A stretch of 64,000 nucleotides of DNA, from NCBI GenBank assembly GCA_022820995.1, contig JAJEEM010000061.1, positions 12,582 to 76,581 on the forward strand, in the 5' to 3' direction. Under the pieces are notes generated by a model. The model had not been told where the DNA came from, ran no database searches, and saw only the letters and a list, made by a program, of their open reading frames with translations. A program made the position numbers and the translations under genes. Within the stretch, counting starts at the first letter, position 1; every line of letters starts with the position of its first letter. Below are positions 20,401-29,966 of this stretch, in pieces. Source of the stretch: Gemmatimonadota bacterium. GTDB lineage: Bacteria > Gemmatimonadota > Gemmatimonadetes > Palauibacterales > Palauibacteraceae.

Positions 20401-20644
20401 TTCCGGACGGGAGTCCCGTAAGGGCGTAGACCCCGTCCGTAGAGCTGAGGGCCGTACGCGATTCGCCCCCGAGCGGCGGCCCGGTCGCCGTCACGCTCAC
20501 CGTGGGCAGGGCGAGGCCGTTCTCGTCGGTGACCGTCCCGCCGATGGCGCCGTCCTGGGCGAGGGCGGCCGCCGGCCACACAAGCGCAAGAGCGGTAGCG
20601 AGTCTGACTCTGAGCATGCTTTTTCTCTCGATCTTCATGGTCAT
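17420..20644 (-). CDS. TonB-dependent outer-membrane receptor with N-terminal carboxypeptidase-regulatory-like domain (SusC/RagA-like)
   Basis: Signal peptide (MTMKIERKSMLRVRLATALALVWPAAALAQD). CarbopepD_reg-like beta-sandwich ('GTVTDENGLALPTVSVTA...DGVYALTGLPSGSYSL'), plug region ('LNGRRQVY...IEVLKGASAIYGSDAVAGVANFVTR'), and a long beta-barrel with aromatic-rich C-terminal strands. The start overlaps the amidase stop. Confidence 0.8.
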   Translation of the reverse strand: MTMKIERKSMLRVRLATALALVWPAAALAQDGAIGGTVTDENGLALPTVSVTATGPPLGGESRTALSSTDGVYALTGLPSGSYSLRFVYPGFSVETRAGVAVTAGDRTVVDVELVSLRTVTLQELTAVVTGTHFAAPPISLPYAVDVSTRESMQEEGSPLVVDFFKRLGANHGSLGERNSWYNRSGTLVPETVASVNLRGLGASRSLVLLNGRRQVYTPSRLPGGRFVDVNAFPSIALDRIEVLKEGASAIYGSDAVAGVANFVTRRDFEGFEATAAHDYFSGAGDSNAAAIWGGRMGSTNVVLSAEWAARRELKPQERDWGLRPYPGPGGGGWSYYGNPGAFLMPTLTGNETPGQFVSALIDSQFGADPSLFVDPECENFGGVNEGVTCRFRYQPYDNLIDKQNHVRAFAEINSELGTGTTLHLEGLWSEATIPDWLTTPSFPPISLYDGNQIVPSANPGRQAFCAANAAHAGFASAADCLEDDWYFYGRMVGNSGPGRTLHRSSRTQRIAASLDRHFEATEGHLDISFSYSRATGNVNQPAEYAYRKHLAFRGFGGPNCGVDVVVDPTSPSGMSLGPTGGAVAGQGNCMFYNPFSNAIQRAEQPGTRYTDADNPGYVAGGANSAELIDWINEEVDLFNTADLFVAEATFTGQFTETLGYALGYQFRRFDVTGTPNDPGNQAINPCQVPGDRTCLEQAGPFTFTTGYFPYEDGQTVHRFFGEIPLSFGDRLDVQVAANYEFHDVASSFDPKVSVRLNLTESDDHQLSLRGSLQSTFRVPSVDDVNTDQITALEYVQEVDVYKAVDTFGNPDLDPERAVTGNVGLIFFHYPSRLQATFDYWTYDFRDVINVIPHSSITSLYHQGGASRAAVQEFVKCPDGWNTGTCDSALIERIRIDLINWPGMQTSGFDWSLSTRRTLGNGELSLGIDGTYTRTYDIKALQFNNVELVGATEGAGKLNRFNPLAWPLPRWKWSTSVGYHGERYSAIGNVNYISSYEDDLNAGDPTYAHRVIDAFATFDATLMMRLTDDIDAFVTGFNLFDSAPPLVNQEGAYDGLTHDPKGRRIKAGMTYTIN

Positions 20645-22278
20645 CGTATCTCCGGGAAGCCGTCCGGGGGACGGCGGTGTCGTGTCGCCTGTTCGTATCC
20701 GTACGCGAGCCGGAAGAGGAGCCCATCGTCGTACGGACGGGCGAGAATCTGCAGCCCCGCCGGAAGCTCGCCGTAAGCGTACCCCATCGGGACCGTGATC
20801 GCGGGCATCCCGGTGGCGGGAGCCACGCGCTGGCTGTTGTCGCCGCAGTATTCCTCGTCCCCCCTGTCGATAGGGGCGGGCACGCAGAGCCACGACGGGT
20901 AGAGGATCGCGTCCACGCGCTCGGCATCCATCGCTTCCACGAGGCTCGCCAGGTAGGCCTGCCTGCCCTCGTTCTCCGCGTAGTCCGGGCACGGCTCGTC
21001 CCATTCGGAAGGATGTACATCGAGCGGGGCGCCCTCGTTCCGCCGCAGCGACGCCTGCGCGTAATCGGAGTATCGTCCGTCCTCCAGCACCTCGAGGACG
21101 TCGGTCATCGGCGCCGCGGGGCCCAGCGACCGCAGGTAGACCCACATGTCGTAACGGAAGCGACGGCAGAACATCCCCTCCCGCCCAAGTTCCGCTGCGA
21201 CGTCGAAATCGAAGGGGTCGACAATCTCGGCTCCCAGTGCCGCCAGGTCGTCGATCGCCGCTTCGAAGAGTGCGAGAATCTCGCCGTCGGCCTCCTCCGG
21301 ATCCGCCAGCGCGCGCAGGACGCCGATCCTCGCGCCCCGCGCCCCGTCGGCGTCCAGGAAGGCCGCGTAGTCCTCTTCGCCGCGGCCACGCCCCGCTTCC
21401 GTATACGGATCCGCGGGATCGTAGCCGGCCACGACATCGAACACGCGCGCGACATCCTCCACGGTTCGCCCCATCGGACCTGCGATATCGCGGTCGAAGG
21501 AGAGGGGGATGACCCCGTCGCGGCTCGTGAGGCCGATCGTCGACCGGATCCCGACCAGGGCGAGGTGGGAACTGGGTCCACGGATCGAGTTGCCGGTGTC
21601 GCTGCCCAGCCCGATGACGCCGAACGAGGCGGCGACCCCCGAGGCCGTGCCGCCGCTGGATCCGGCCGGGACGCGGTCGAGCGCGTAGGCGTTGCGCGTC
21701 GTGTCGAAGGAGGAACTGACGGACTGACGCGGACTGAACGCCCATTCCGCCATGTTGGTCTTGGCGATCACGATTGCGCCGGCCTCGCGGATCTTCCGCA
21801 CCATGAAGGCGTCGTCGGGCGGAAGGTTGTTCGCGAGCGCGATGGACCCTCCGGTCGTGACCATGTCGTGCGTGTCGAAGTTGTCCTTGACGAGCATCGG
21901 GACGCAGAAGAGCGGTCCCATCGTCTCGCCGGCGGCCTGCGCCGCGTCGAGCCGGTCCGCGCGCTCGAGAGCCCGGGGGTTGAGCACGGTGATCGCGTTG
22001 ATCGCGTCTTCGTAGGCTGCGATCCGGGCGAGATGCCCTTCTACGACCTCGCGGCAGGTCGTCGTCCCGGCGCGGATCGCCGCCTGCACGTCGCCGATCG
22101 TCGCCTCCACGACCTCGAAGACCGCGCCGGTCCCGGCGCCGGGGTCGGGAGAGCACGCGACCCACCCCCACGCGAGCGCAGCGGACAGCAGCGCCGGGGC
22201 CGAGCGGTGCTTCCACCGCACGCCGTCAGCGATCCGGAGACGCCAGGGGGTCCCGGATGCGTTGCTCCTCGGTTGCAT
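20641..22278 (-). CDS. Amidase-signature (AS) family amidase, exported/lipoprotein-like
   Basis: AS motif 'GGSSGGTASGVAASFGVIGLGSDTGNSIRGP' and Ser-cisSer-Lys context. The N-terminus has a hydrophobic segment ending 'WVAC'. Confidence 0.8.
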   Translation of the reverse strand: MQPRSNASGTPWRLRIADGVRWKHRSAPALLSAALAWGWVACSPDPGAGTGAVFEVVEATIGDVQAAIRAGTTTCREVVEGHLARIAAYEDAINAITVLNPRALERADRLDAAQAAGETMGPLFCVPMLVKDNFDTHDMVTTGGSIALANNLPPDDAFMVRKIREAGAIVIAKTNMAEWAFSPRQSVSSSFDTTRNAYALDRVPAGSSGGTASGVAASFGVIGLGSDTGNSIRGPSSHLALVGIRSTIGLTSRDGVIPLSFDRDIAGPMGRTVEDVARVFDVVAGYDPADPYTEAGRGRGEEDYAAFLDADGARGARIGVLRALADPEEADGEILALFEAAIDDLAALGAEIVDPFDFDVAAELGREGMFCRRFRYDMWVYLRSLGPAAPMTDVLEVLEDGRYSDYAQASLRRNEGAPLDVHPSEWDEPCPDYAENEGRQAYLASLVEAMDAERVDAILYPSWLCVPAPIDRGDEEYCGDNSQRVAPATGMPAITVPMGYAYGELPAGLQILARPYDDGLLFRLAYGYEQATRHRRPPDGFPEIR

Positions 22279-22338
22279 ACATCTAAACTTGCCACATCGC
22301 ACCGATATGCCAAGCGCCAGGACCGTGAGGTGTCGCCG

Positions 22339-23553
22339 ATGAAGCGGAGAATCGAAACCGCCCTCTTCACCCGTCGAGATTTTGTTCGCGCCGCCAGTGT
22401 GGGACCCGCCGCGGCCTGGCTCGCCGCCTGTGACCGCGGGGGAGACGGCGGGTCATCGGCGGACGCGGACGCGGCCATCGCCGCCCGCGGGGAGGCGGGG
22501 CAACCGCCCCGGTGGGCGAAGGATCCGTCGCCCTTCATCCGGCGCACGCTGAATCTGGAAACGCGGCTCGAGCTCGTCGACGGGTTCATCACGCCGAACG
22601 AACTGTTCTTCGTCCGAAACCACTCGCCCACGCCGGCGATCGATCCGGAGGGCTACTCGCTCCGCGTGGAGGGAGACGGCGCCGAGACCGAACTGCGGCT
22701 CGACCTGTCCACCCTCGAGTCGCTGCCGCAGCACTCGATCACCGCCTACCTGGAGTGCGCCGGAAACTGGCGGGGCCTGTACCCGGAACTCACGGGCACC
22801 CGCGCGAGCGGCGGCCAATGGACGACCGGAGCCGTGGGGTGCGCGGAGTGGTCGGGGCCGTCGCTCGCCACGGTGCTCGATCTGGCCGGCGTCCGGCCGG
22901 AAACGGTCGATGTGAATCTCGTGGGGCTGGACGGTTCCGGCTTCGAGCGCGCCATGCCGCTCGCGAAGGCGCGGGATCCCGACACCATCATCGCGCTGCG
23001 CATGAACGGCGAGCCGCTTCCCGCAGATCACGGATTCCCGGCGCGGTCCGTCGTTCCCGGATGGTCGGGGTCCAGCAGCATCAAGTGGCTGGGGTCGATT
23101 CAGCTCTCCACCGAGCGGGTGTGGAACGCGAACAACACGTCGTCCTACGTCCTCATCGGCGACGAGTGGCCGGCGGAGGAGCATGCGCCCGCTCAGGGGG
23201 CGGTGATCACGGAACTCGTCGTGAAGAGTGCGCTGGCCCTGCCCCGGCCCGCGCGGCTGGCGCCGGGACCCCACCTCCTTCACGGGTTCGCGCACGCGCC
23301 GGCGGGACCGGTATCCGCCGTCGAATGGAGTCCGGACGGCGGAACGACGTGGCTGGAAGCCGGGATCGTGGATCCGATTCTGCCTCTGGCGTGGCAACGC
23401 TTCGAGTTCGAGTGGGACGCGACCCGGGGGGCGCACACGCTGGCCACGCGCGCCACGGATGCGGCGGGGAACACGCAGCCGGACGAGCCTCTGATGAACG
23501 AGAAGGGCTACCTGCTGAACGTCCCGCTCCCGCACCCCGTGCAGGTGGAGTGA
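22339..23553 (+). CDS. Sulfite-oxidase-family molybdopterin oxidoreductase (SorA/YedY-like), Tat-exported
   Basis: Twin-arginine motif 'TRRDFVRAASVGPAAAWLAA'. Moco-binding 'YLECAGNWRG' and 'HGFPARSVVPGWSGSSSIKWL' blocks, plus a C-terminal dimerisation/Ig domain. Confidence 0.8.
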   Translation: MKRRIETALFTRRDFVRAASVGPAAAWLAACDRGGDGGSSADADAAIAARGEAGQPPRWAKDPSPFIRRTLNLETRLELVDGFITPNELFFVRNHSPTPAIDPEGYSLRVEGDGAETELRLDLSTLESLPQHSITAYLECAGNWRGLYPELTGTRASGGQWTTGAVGCAEWSGPSLATVLDLAGVRPETVDVNLVGLDGSGFERAMPLAKARDPDTIIALRMNGEPLPADHGFPARSVVPGWSGSSSIKWLGSIQLSTERVWNANNTSSYVLIGDEWPAEEHAPAQGAVITELVVKSALALPRPARLAPGPHLLHGFAHAPAGPVSAVEWSPDGGTTWLEAGIVDPILPLAWQRFEFEWDATRGAHTLATRATDAAGNTQPDEPLMNEKGYLLNVPLPHPVQVE

Positions 23554-23592
23554 CGCGACCCCGGCCGGCGCGCTGACGGAGGCCGAATCGCC

Positions 23593-23973
23593 GTGCTGTA
23601 CCGGTTGCTCGCAGACCTCGTCCTCGTCGTCCACCTGCTGTTCATCGCGTTCGTCATCGCCGGCGGGTTCGCCGCGGTCCGCTGGCCGAGGCTCGCGTGG
23701 GCGCACGTGCCCTGTTTCGTGTGGGGGGCCCTGATCGAGTTCGCCGGCTGGATCTGCCCGCTCACGCCGCTGGAGGTCAGACTCCGGATCGCGAGCGGCC
23801 AAGCCGGTTACTCCGGCGGCTTCATCGAGCGCTACCTGCTGCCCATCATCTATCCCGGCGCGCTGAACCGGGAGATCCAGATCTGGCTCGGGCTCGCCGT
23901 ACTGGCGCTCAACGCCGTGGCGTACGCCTTGCTCCTGCGCCGACTGCGCCGGCGCACCCGAAGCGGACGCTGA
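23593..23973 (+). CDS. Small membrane protein (DUF2784-like)
   Basis: 126 aa with about 4 hydrophobic helices and a basic C-terminus. No catalytic motif. Confidence 0.45.
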   Translation: MLYRLLADLVLVVHLLFIAFVIAGGFAAVRWPRLAWAHVPCFVWGALIEFAGWICPLTPLEVRLRIASGQAGYSGGFIERYLLPIIYPGALNREIQIWLGLAVLALNAVAYALLLRRLRRRTRSGR

Positions 23974-24010
23974 GCCGCCGCCCCCGCTCGCGAGCCGGGG
24001 GCGGGGACGG

Positions 24011-25171
24011 TCAGTCGATGGCGACGTTCCGGGTGAGCTGTCCGTTGCTCTCCCAGTAGGTCCTCTTGTTCACGAGCATCGGGTCGTCCGCCGCCGGCTG
24101 GACGTTGCCGTCCGCGTCGATCGCCCTCGAGACGATCGCGTGCCGACCCGGCGGGGCGTCCCAGTCCATGCGCCAGAACGTCCACGTGTGCGGGTCGCCC
24201 CGGCCTTCGCCCAGCGTCGCCGCCTGCCACGGCCCTTCGTCCACGCGGACCTCGACCGAGGCGATGTCCGCGCCCCACGCCGCCCCGTGGATCGCGTATC
24301 CGTCACCGTTCCGCGTGACCTTCGCGGGGACGGAGTTGATGTTCACCCGCCCCACCGAGGTCTCCGTCCACACGGTCTCGCCGTCGCGCTCCTCCGCCCG
24401 CAGCGTGACGTAATCGCGGGCCATGAACTTGCCCATGAAGCGACGGTCGCGCAGTTCGATCCGGGTGACCCACTTCACGTTCGCGATGCCGTACCAGCCC
24501 GGGGCGATGACGCGCAGCGGGAAGCCGTGCGCGCTCGGCAGCGGCTCGCCGTTCACTTCGTAGGCGAGGATGATGCCGGGATCCATCGCGTCCTCGAGCG
24601 AGAGACTGCGCGCGAAGTTCTGCGTCACGGTGTTGCCCCGGATCTCTTCCTCCCCCTCGTCCGCGCCGAAGAAGACGACCTCGATCCCGTCCTCCCGAAC
24701 GCCCGCTTCCGTGAGGACATCGGCGAGCCGGGTCCCCGCCCAGCGCGCGTTGTGCACGCCGCCGATGAACGAGGGCCGACCGCGGTTCCCGGAGCATTCC
24801 AGCGTGAACACGACCTCCTGGCGGGGCCGCGCCCTCAGCTCGGCGAGGCTGAACGTCCGCGGCCGGTCGACGAGTCCGCCGATCTCGAGGCTCCAGTCGC
24901 TCTCCGCGATGACCGGCAACCCGTAGTGTCCCACGCGGAACATCTGACTGACCGGCGTGATCCAGGAATCCAGTTCTTCCCAGTTCAGGATGTTCATCCG
25001 CTCCGTCATCCCGGGGTGCGGCCGCTGAACCCACGGGATGACAGCCTCCTGATCGAACCCGGCGAGCCAGCCGCGGAAGATGTCCGTCGGCAGGACCGCG
25101 AGACCGGCGGCGGCCGCGCCGCCCTGGATCAGCACCTGTCGTCGTGGAATCGCGTTTCGCTGGCTCATCAT
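24011..25171 (-). CDS. Sulfite-oxidase-family molybdopterin oxidoreductase, second paralogue, Tat-exported
   Basis: 'RRQVLIQGGAAAAGLAV' Tat signal. 'TLECSGNRGRP' and 'HGFPLRVIAPGWYGIANVKWV' Moco blocks parallel those of the gene at 22339-23553. Confidence 0.8.
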   Translation of the reverse strand: MMSQRNAIPRRQVLIQGGAAAAGLAVLPTDIFRGWLAGFDQEAVIPWVQRPHPGMTERMNILNWEELDSWITPVSQMFRVGHYGLPVIAESDWSLEIGGLVDRPRTFSLAELRARPRQEVVFTLECSGNRGRPSFIGGVHNARWAGTRLADVLTEAGVREDGIEVVFFGADEGEEEIRGNTVTQNFARSLSLEDAMDPGIILAYEVNGEPLPSAHGFPLRVIAPGWYGIANVKWVTRIELRDRRFMGKFMARDYVTLRAEERDGETVWTETSVGRVNINSVPAKVTRNGDGYAIHGAAWGADIASVEVRVDEGPWQAATLGEGRGDPHTWTFWRMDWDAPPGRHAIVSRAIDADGNVQPAADDPMLVNKRTYWESNGQLTRNVAID

Positions 25172-25279
25172 GTCAGACCTCGCCTCCGGTGGATCGCCTG
25201 GCTCGTCGTCCTCTCCCGTCCACGCGCAAGCTCGGGTCCGATCACGCGTCCGAGCAAGACGTCGGGCGCACGGCGCCGC

Positions 25280-26740
25280 TCAGCGGCCGGGTCTCCACGC
25301 GGATTCCTCCGAGGCATCCGCGGGCCCGATCCTGCCCTCCGCCATCGCGAGCAGCTCGTCCGGCGAATGAAGGCGTCCCCGCGCGAAGACGTACCAGACG
25401 TCGCGCGCGGCCCGGACATCCTCCAGCGGGTTCCCCCGCACGATCACGAGGTCCGCGATCTTTCCCTCCTCGATGCTGCCGAGTTCGTCATCGAGGCCCA
25501 TCGCGCGCGCCGAGTTGAGGGTCGCGATGCGGAAGACATCCGCCGGCGGGACCCCGGCGCGCGCGAGGGCGAGGAGTTCGCGGTGTACGGCGAACGGCGA
25601 CCAGTACCGCCCCCAGCTCGGGTGATCCGTGCCGAGCGTGACCAGGTCGCGTCCCCCGCCATCGTGGAAGGCCTTCAGCGTCCGGCGCTTGATCGGCGAC
25701 ATCAGCGCGAACGACTCGTTCACGGGGCGGGGCGGACGGGCCTCGACGATCTCCCGCATGTACGGCGTCAGAAAGCGAAGCTCGTCCGTCCAGTACTCCG
25801 TCATCTCCGGATCGTGCGGACCCCAGTATCCGTAGATGGAGAGCGTGGCGTCGAAGTACACGCCACGGTCGACGTAGAGATCGATGATGTCGCGGAGCGC
25901 GTCCCCCTCGAAATCGTCGAACTCCTGCAGCGAAGCGTAGGCCGTGCGGTCGGCCGGCAGCATGTCGCCCCCGAGGAAGTGCTCGACACGGTCGATGCCC
26001 ATGAGGATCGCGTCGCGGGGGTTCACCGTGTTCCCGAACCCGGAGTCGAGGTGGGCGGTGACGGTGAGCCCGTGCACGTGGGCCTGTTCGATGAGCACGG
26101 AGAGATGTTCCGGGCGGGCCCCCTTGGCCTTGAAGCCCGCCGCGCCCTGCGCCGCCCAGTGGTCCACTTCCCGCCGGATCGAATCGGCGGTCATCGCGGC
26201 GTCGTCCCAGCCCCGCCGCCAGGATCCGAAGTAGGGGCCGGAGTTGAGGAGCCGGGGACCCGTACGCTCGCCGCGCTCGATCGCGAGCCGCAGTTCCCGC
26301 ATGCGGAGCGGGTCCATCTCGCCGGCCGGGAACGTCGTCGTCACGCCATTGGCGAGGAAGAGTTCGGGATAGGCGGCCGTCTCATCGACGCGGCCATCGC
26401 CGAACAGGTCCACCGCATAGTGGGCGTGGAGGTCGAAGAACCCCGGAAGGATCGTCGCGTCCCCGTCGAGGTGGATCGTAATCGTGACGTTTGCGTCATC
26501 CTCCGGAGGGCCGATGGAGACGATCCGCCCGTCGCGAATCGTGATGCCCTCGTTATCGACGAGCGTGCCGGTGTGCACGTCCAGCCAGTGACCCCCCGTG
26601 ACCACGTAGGTCGCGTTCTCATCCACGAGATCGACGAGGTCCATCACGACCCCCTCGCACCCCGCAAGGGTCGAGAACAGGCCGCCGAGTCCCATCGCGA
26701 GGAACGACCGCCTCCGCTGCATCCGCTGTCTCCGAACCAT
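25280..26740 (-). CDS. Amidohydrolase-superfamily metallo-hydrolase (TIM-barrel), exported
   Basis: 'DLHAHY' metal-ligand HxH motif near the N-terminus of the barrel, and a later 'VTAHLD'/'GTDHP' His/Asp ligand pattern. N-terminal signal-like segment. The start could be at the internal MQRRR. Confidence 0.75.
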   Translation of the reverse strand: MVRRQRMQRRRSFLAMGLGGLFSTLAGCEGVVMDLVDLVDENATYVVTGGHWLDVHTGTLVDNEGITIRDGRIVSIGPPEDDANVTITIHLDGDATILPGFFDLHAHYAVDLFGDGRVDETAAYPELFLANGVTTTFPAGEMDPLRMRELRLAIERGERTGPRLLNSGPYFGSWRRGWDDAAMTADSIRREVDHWAAQGAAGFKAKGARPEHLSVLIEQAHVHGLTVTAHLDSGFGNTVNPRDAILMGIDRVEHFLGGDMLPADRTAYASLQEFDDFEGDALRDIIDLYVDRGVYFDATLSIYGYWGPHDPEMTEYWTDELRFLTPYMREIVEARPPRPVNESFALMSPIKRRTLKAFHDGGGRDLVTLGTDHPSWGRYWSPFAVHRELLALARAGVPPADVFRIATLNSARAMGLDDELGSIEEGKIADLVIVRGNPLEDVRAARDVWYVFARGRLHSPDELLAMAEGRIGPADASEESAWRPGR

Positions 26741-26965
26741 CGATTACACCTCGCGGGGCACAGGTGTCGGCCTCCGGTTCACCCGAAACCCGGATGGCCG
26801 GAACGTTGAACATAGATGGGCGCGCGTTCCTCCACGACGGACTCGATCCTGTATACTGTGAGCCGTCAGCACGCGGCTGCCATCCGAACGGGATCGGAGT
26901 ACACACTGCACGAACCGGGCGCGGCGCTCGCCAATCCTTCCACCGGCCTCCCGGGACGCACGTCG

Positions 26966-28126
26966 ATGCGCCCGGCGGTGGTCGTGGCGCTCATCGTCGT
27001 CTCGCACACGACGATCGATGCGTACACCGCGTTCCTGCCGCCGCTGCTGCCGCGGATCATGGACAACCTCGGCCTCTCGATCACGCTGGCCGCGACGCTG
27101 TCGACCGTGCTCTCCATCTCGACCGCGCTCCCGCAGCCGGCCTTCGGCTACCTCGCCGACCGGTTCGGGAGGCGCGCCTTCCTCGCCGCGGGCCCGATCG
27201 TTGGGGGCGTGTTCATCTCGCTGCTGGGGATGGCGCCCAGCTACTTCGTCCTCCTCCTGTTGCTCACGGTGGGAGGACTGGGGTCGGCCGCCTTCCACCC
27301 GCCGGGGGCCTCTCTCGTCGCGCGCGCCGGAGATGGTCGTGGAAGCGGCGTGCGCATGTCCGTCTTCTCCTTCGGGGGGGCGGCGGGCTTCGCGCTGGGG
27401 CCGATCAGCGCGGTCGCCATCGTGGGCCTGTTCGGCCTCTCCGGTCTGTGGATCGCGATGATCCCGGGGGTCGTGCTCGGGGTCGCCCTCTGGTTCGTCG
27501 CGAAGGGTCGGACCCGGGTGGGGCCGGGGACCCCGCCGCCTCCCCCGCTGGAGGTGCTCCGCAAGCTCAGGGGGCCGCTCGGTCTCGTATTCGGGATTTC
27601 GGTCGTCGGATCCTTCGCGCAGAAGGCGGTCCTCACCTTCATCCCGATCATCGCCCACCGCGCGGGACAGAGCGAGACGGCGGGCGCCATCGTGCTCAGC
27701 GTCTATCTCGGCGCCCAGGGCCTGGGGACGCTCGCCTCCGGCTACCTCACCGACCGGCTCAACCGGCAGCACCTCCTGGCCGCGATCAGCGTGCTCGCCG
27801 TGCCCACGCACATCCTCGCGTTCACGCTGGCGCCGGCCAGCCCCGCCGCGATCGTGATGGCCGTGTGCGCGGGCTTCCTGAACATGGCGCTGCTGCCTCC
27901 GATCGTCGTGGTGGCTCAGGAGATCCTGCCCTCCGGGACGGCGGTGAGTTCGGGCATCGTGATGGGGCTCGCGTGGGCCGTGGGGACGCTGGCGATTCCC
28001 GTCGTGGGCGGGTTCGCGGACGCGTTCGGGCCGGTCGTCGCGACCGCGTGGTCGATGCCGCTCCTGCTGCTCGGCGCGCTCTTCGCAATGCAGCCTTCGC
28101 TTCGTCCATACCGCAGAGCCCAATGA
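26966..28126 (+). CDS. MFS transporter
   Basis: 12 predicted TM helices and the MFS signature 'GYLADRFGRR' between TM2 and TM3. Start placed at MRPAVVV; the track ORF begins earlier in a non-hydrophobic leader. Confidence 0.75.
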   Translation: MRPAVVVALIVVSHTTIDAYTAFLPPLLPRIMDNLGLSITLAATLSTVLSISTALPQPAFGYLADRFGRRAFLAAGPIVGGVFISLLGMAPSYFVLLLLLTVGGLGSAAFHPPGASLVARAGDGRGSGVRMSVFSFGGAAGFALGPISAVAIVGLFGLSGLWIAMIPGVVLGVALWFVAKGRTRVGPGTPPPPPLEVLRKLRGPLGLVFGISVVGSFAQKAVLTFIPIIAHRAGQSETAGAIVLSVYLGAQGLGTLASGYLTDRLNRQHLLAAISVLAVPTHILAFTLAPASPAAIVMAVCAGFLNMALLPPIVVVAQEILPSGTAVSSGIVMGLAWAVGTLAIPVVGGFADAFGPVVATAWSMPLLLLGALFAMQPSLRPYRRAQ

Positions 28127-29919
28127 TGAATCGATCGAACCCCTCCGTCGTCGCATTGGCCGGCACCGTCGTCGTGTTGGCCGGCGCCGTGTTGGCTGGC
28201 GCCGCCCTCTCTGCCTGCGGGGGGTCGCCGCCGCCGGACCCGGCCGACCTGATCCTCGTGGACGGACGCGTGATCACGCTCGACGCGGAGAGCCGCGTGG
28301 CCGAAGCCGTGGCGGTGCGCGGCGAACATGTCGTGGCCGTCGGCGCGACGTCGGAGATCGAAGCGCTCGCGGGCCCGGAGACCCGCCGCATCGACCTCGC
28401 CGGGCGCGCGATGACGCCCGGCCTTATGGACGCGCACGTCCACTTCGCGAACGGCGGCGCGAACCGCCTGTACCGCCTCGACCTCAGCTATCCGAACGTG
28501 GAGAACATCGCGGACGTACAGGGCATGGTCGCGGAGCAGGCCGGGCGGCTGCCCGAGGGCGAGTGGGTGCGCGGCGGCGGCTGGGACGAAGGGAAGCTCG
28601 AGGAGTTGCGCTACATTTACGCCTCCGACCTGGACGCCGTCGCCGCGGGGCAGCCCGTGTGGCTGGCGCACACGATGGGCCACTACGGCGTGGCCAACTC
28701 CCTCGCCCTCGACATGGCGGGCATCACGGCCGAGACGCCCGATCCGCCCGGCGGCACGATCGACCGCGACGCGGCCGGGCAGCCGACCGGCGTCCTCAAG
28801 GAGTCCGCGATGGGTCTCGTGACCCGCCTCATCCCGTCGCTCGGACCCGGCGAGCGGCGCGAGGGGATCCGCGCGCTCGCCGACGCCTTCAACGCCGAGT
28901 GCATGACCGGCGGCAAGGACCCCGGAATCGGCCGCCGCACGTGGGAGGCCTACCGCGATGTCCTCGCCGACGGCGACCTCTCGGTGCGGATCTTCGCCCT
29001 GTGGGACGCCCGCGACGGGACGCCGGACGACGTCCGCGCCTACGCCGACAGCCTCGCGGCCTTCACGCGGCCCTACGAGTCGACGGGGGACGACCGGCTC
29101 ATCGCCGGCGGCGTCAAGTTGTACATCGACGGCAGCGGCGGCGCCCGCACGGCCTGGCTGTACGAGGACTGGAACCGGGAGCGCACCGGGACCGACACCG
29201 GCAATCGCGGCTATCCGACGATGGACCCGGACGAACTGCGCCGCCGCTTCCGGGCCTATCACGACGCCGGCCTCCACGTCTCGATCCACTCCATCGGCGA
29301 CCGCGCGATCGACTGGACCGTCGACAGCTTCATCGAGGCGCTCGAGGCCACCCCCACCCGCGGGCTCCGGCACGGGATCATTCACTCGAACATCCCCACG
29401 GACCGCGCGCTCGACGCGATGGCAGAACTCCAGCGGGAATGGCAGGCCGGCTACCCGGAGCCGTCCCCCACCTTCACGTGGTGGATCGGAGACACCTACG
29501 CGGGGAACTTCGGGCCCGAGCGAACGCTGCGGCTGAATCCGTTCCGCTCCTACCGGGACCGGGGCATGATCTGGGCGAGCGGTTCCGACTTCTTCGTCAC
29601 TCCCTACCCGGCGCGCTACGGCGTCTGGGCCTCCGTCGCCCGCCAGCCGCTGCTCGGCGTCTACGGGAGCGACCCGTACGGCACCGCCGAGTCCGTCGAT
29701 GTCGAGACGGCCCTGCGCTCGTTCACGACCTGGGCCGCGCACCAGATGTTCCTCGAGGAGAAAGTCGGGACGATCGAACCCGGAAAGTACGCGGATCTCG
29801 CGGTCTGGGACCGCAACCCGCTCACCGTCCCGACGATCGAACTGCGTGACCTGTCGTGCGAGATGACCGTCTTCAACGGGGAAGTCGTTTTTGACCGCGC
29901 GAGCGTCCCCGCACCATGA
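28123..29919 (+). CDS. Amidohydrolase-3 (YtcJ-like) metal-dependent hydrolase, lipoprotein
   Basis: Lipobox-like 'AGAALSAC', 'GLMDAHVHF' HxH motif, and a large inserted domain typical of the Amidohydro_3 family. ATG overlaps the MFS stop. Confidence 0.8.
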   Translation: MMNRSNPSVVALAGTVVVLAGAVLAGAALSACGGSPPPDPADLILVDGRVITLDAESRVAEAVAVRGEHVVAVGATSEIEALAGPETRRIDLAGRAMTPGLMDAHVHFANGGANRLYRLDLSYPNVENIADVQGMVAEQAGRLPEGEWVRGGGWDEGKLEELRYIYASDLDAVAAGQPVWLAHTMGHYGVANSLALDMAGITAETPDPPGGTIDRDAAGQPTGVLKESAMGLVTRLIPSLGPGERREGIRALADAFNAECMTGGKDPGIGRRTWEAYRDVLADGDLSVRIFALWDARDGTPDDVRAYADSLAAFTRPYESTGDDRLIAGGVKLYIDGSGGARTAWLYEDWNRERTGTDTGNRGYPTMDPDELRRRFRAYHDAGLHVSIHSIGDRAIDWTVDSFIEALEATPTRGLRHGIIHSNIPTDRALDAMAELQREWQAGYPEPSPTFTWWIGDTYAGNFGPERTLRLNPFRSYRDRGMIWASGSDFFVTPYPARYGVWASVARQPLLGVYGSDPYGTAESVDVETALRSFTTWAAHQMFLEEKVGTIEPGKYADLAVWDRNPLTVPTIELRDLSCEMTVFNGEVVFDRASVPAP

Positions 29920-29966
29920 CGCGCCCCGGCCGCTCACGTGCTCTCCCGCGGTAGGAAGGACAACGG

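Noticed and set aside
17420-22216. 1598-aa single ORF spanning receptor and amidase
   Set aside because: The N-terminal about 520 codons (20645-22216) are an R-rich alternate frame of the amidase gene. The real receptor begins at MTMKIERK (20644), and the amidase is read in the neighbouring frame (20641-22278).
24140-26809. 889-aa plus-strand ORF antisense to the second SO-family gene and the amidohydrolase gene
   Set aside because: No motifs, biased composition, and overlaps two well-supported minus-strand genes.
26744-29937. 470-aa and 673-aa minus-strand ORFs opposite the MFS and Amidohydro_3 genes
   Set aside because: Highly charged R/D/E/G-rich translations. Antisense artefacts.
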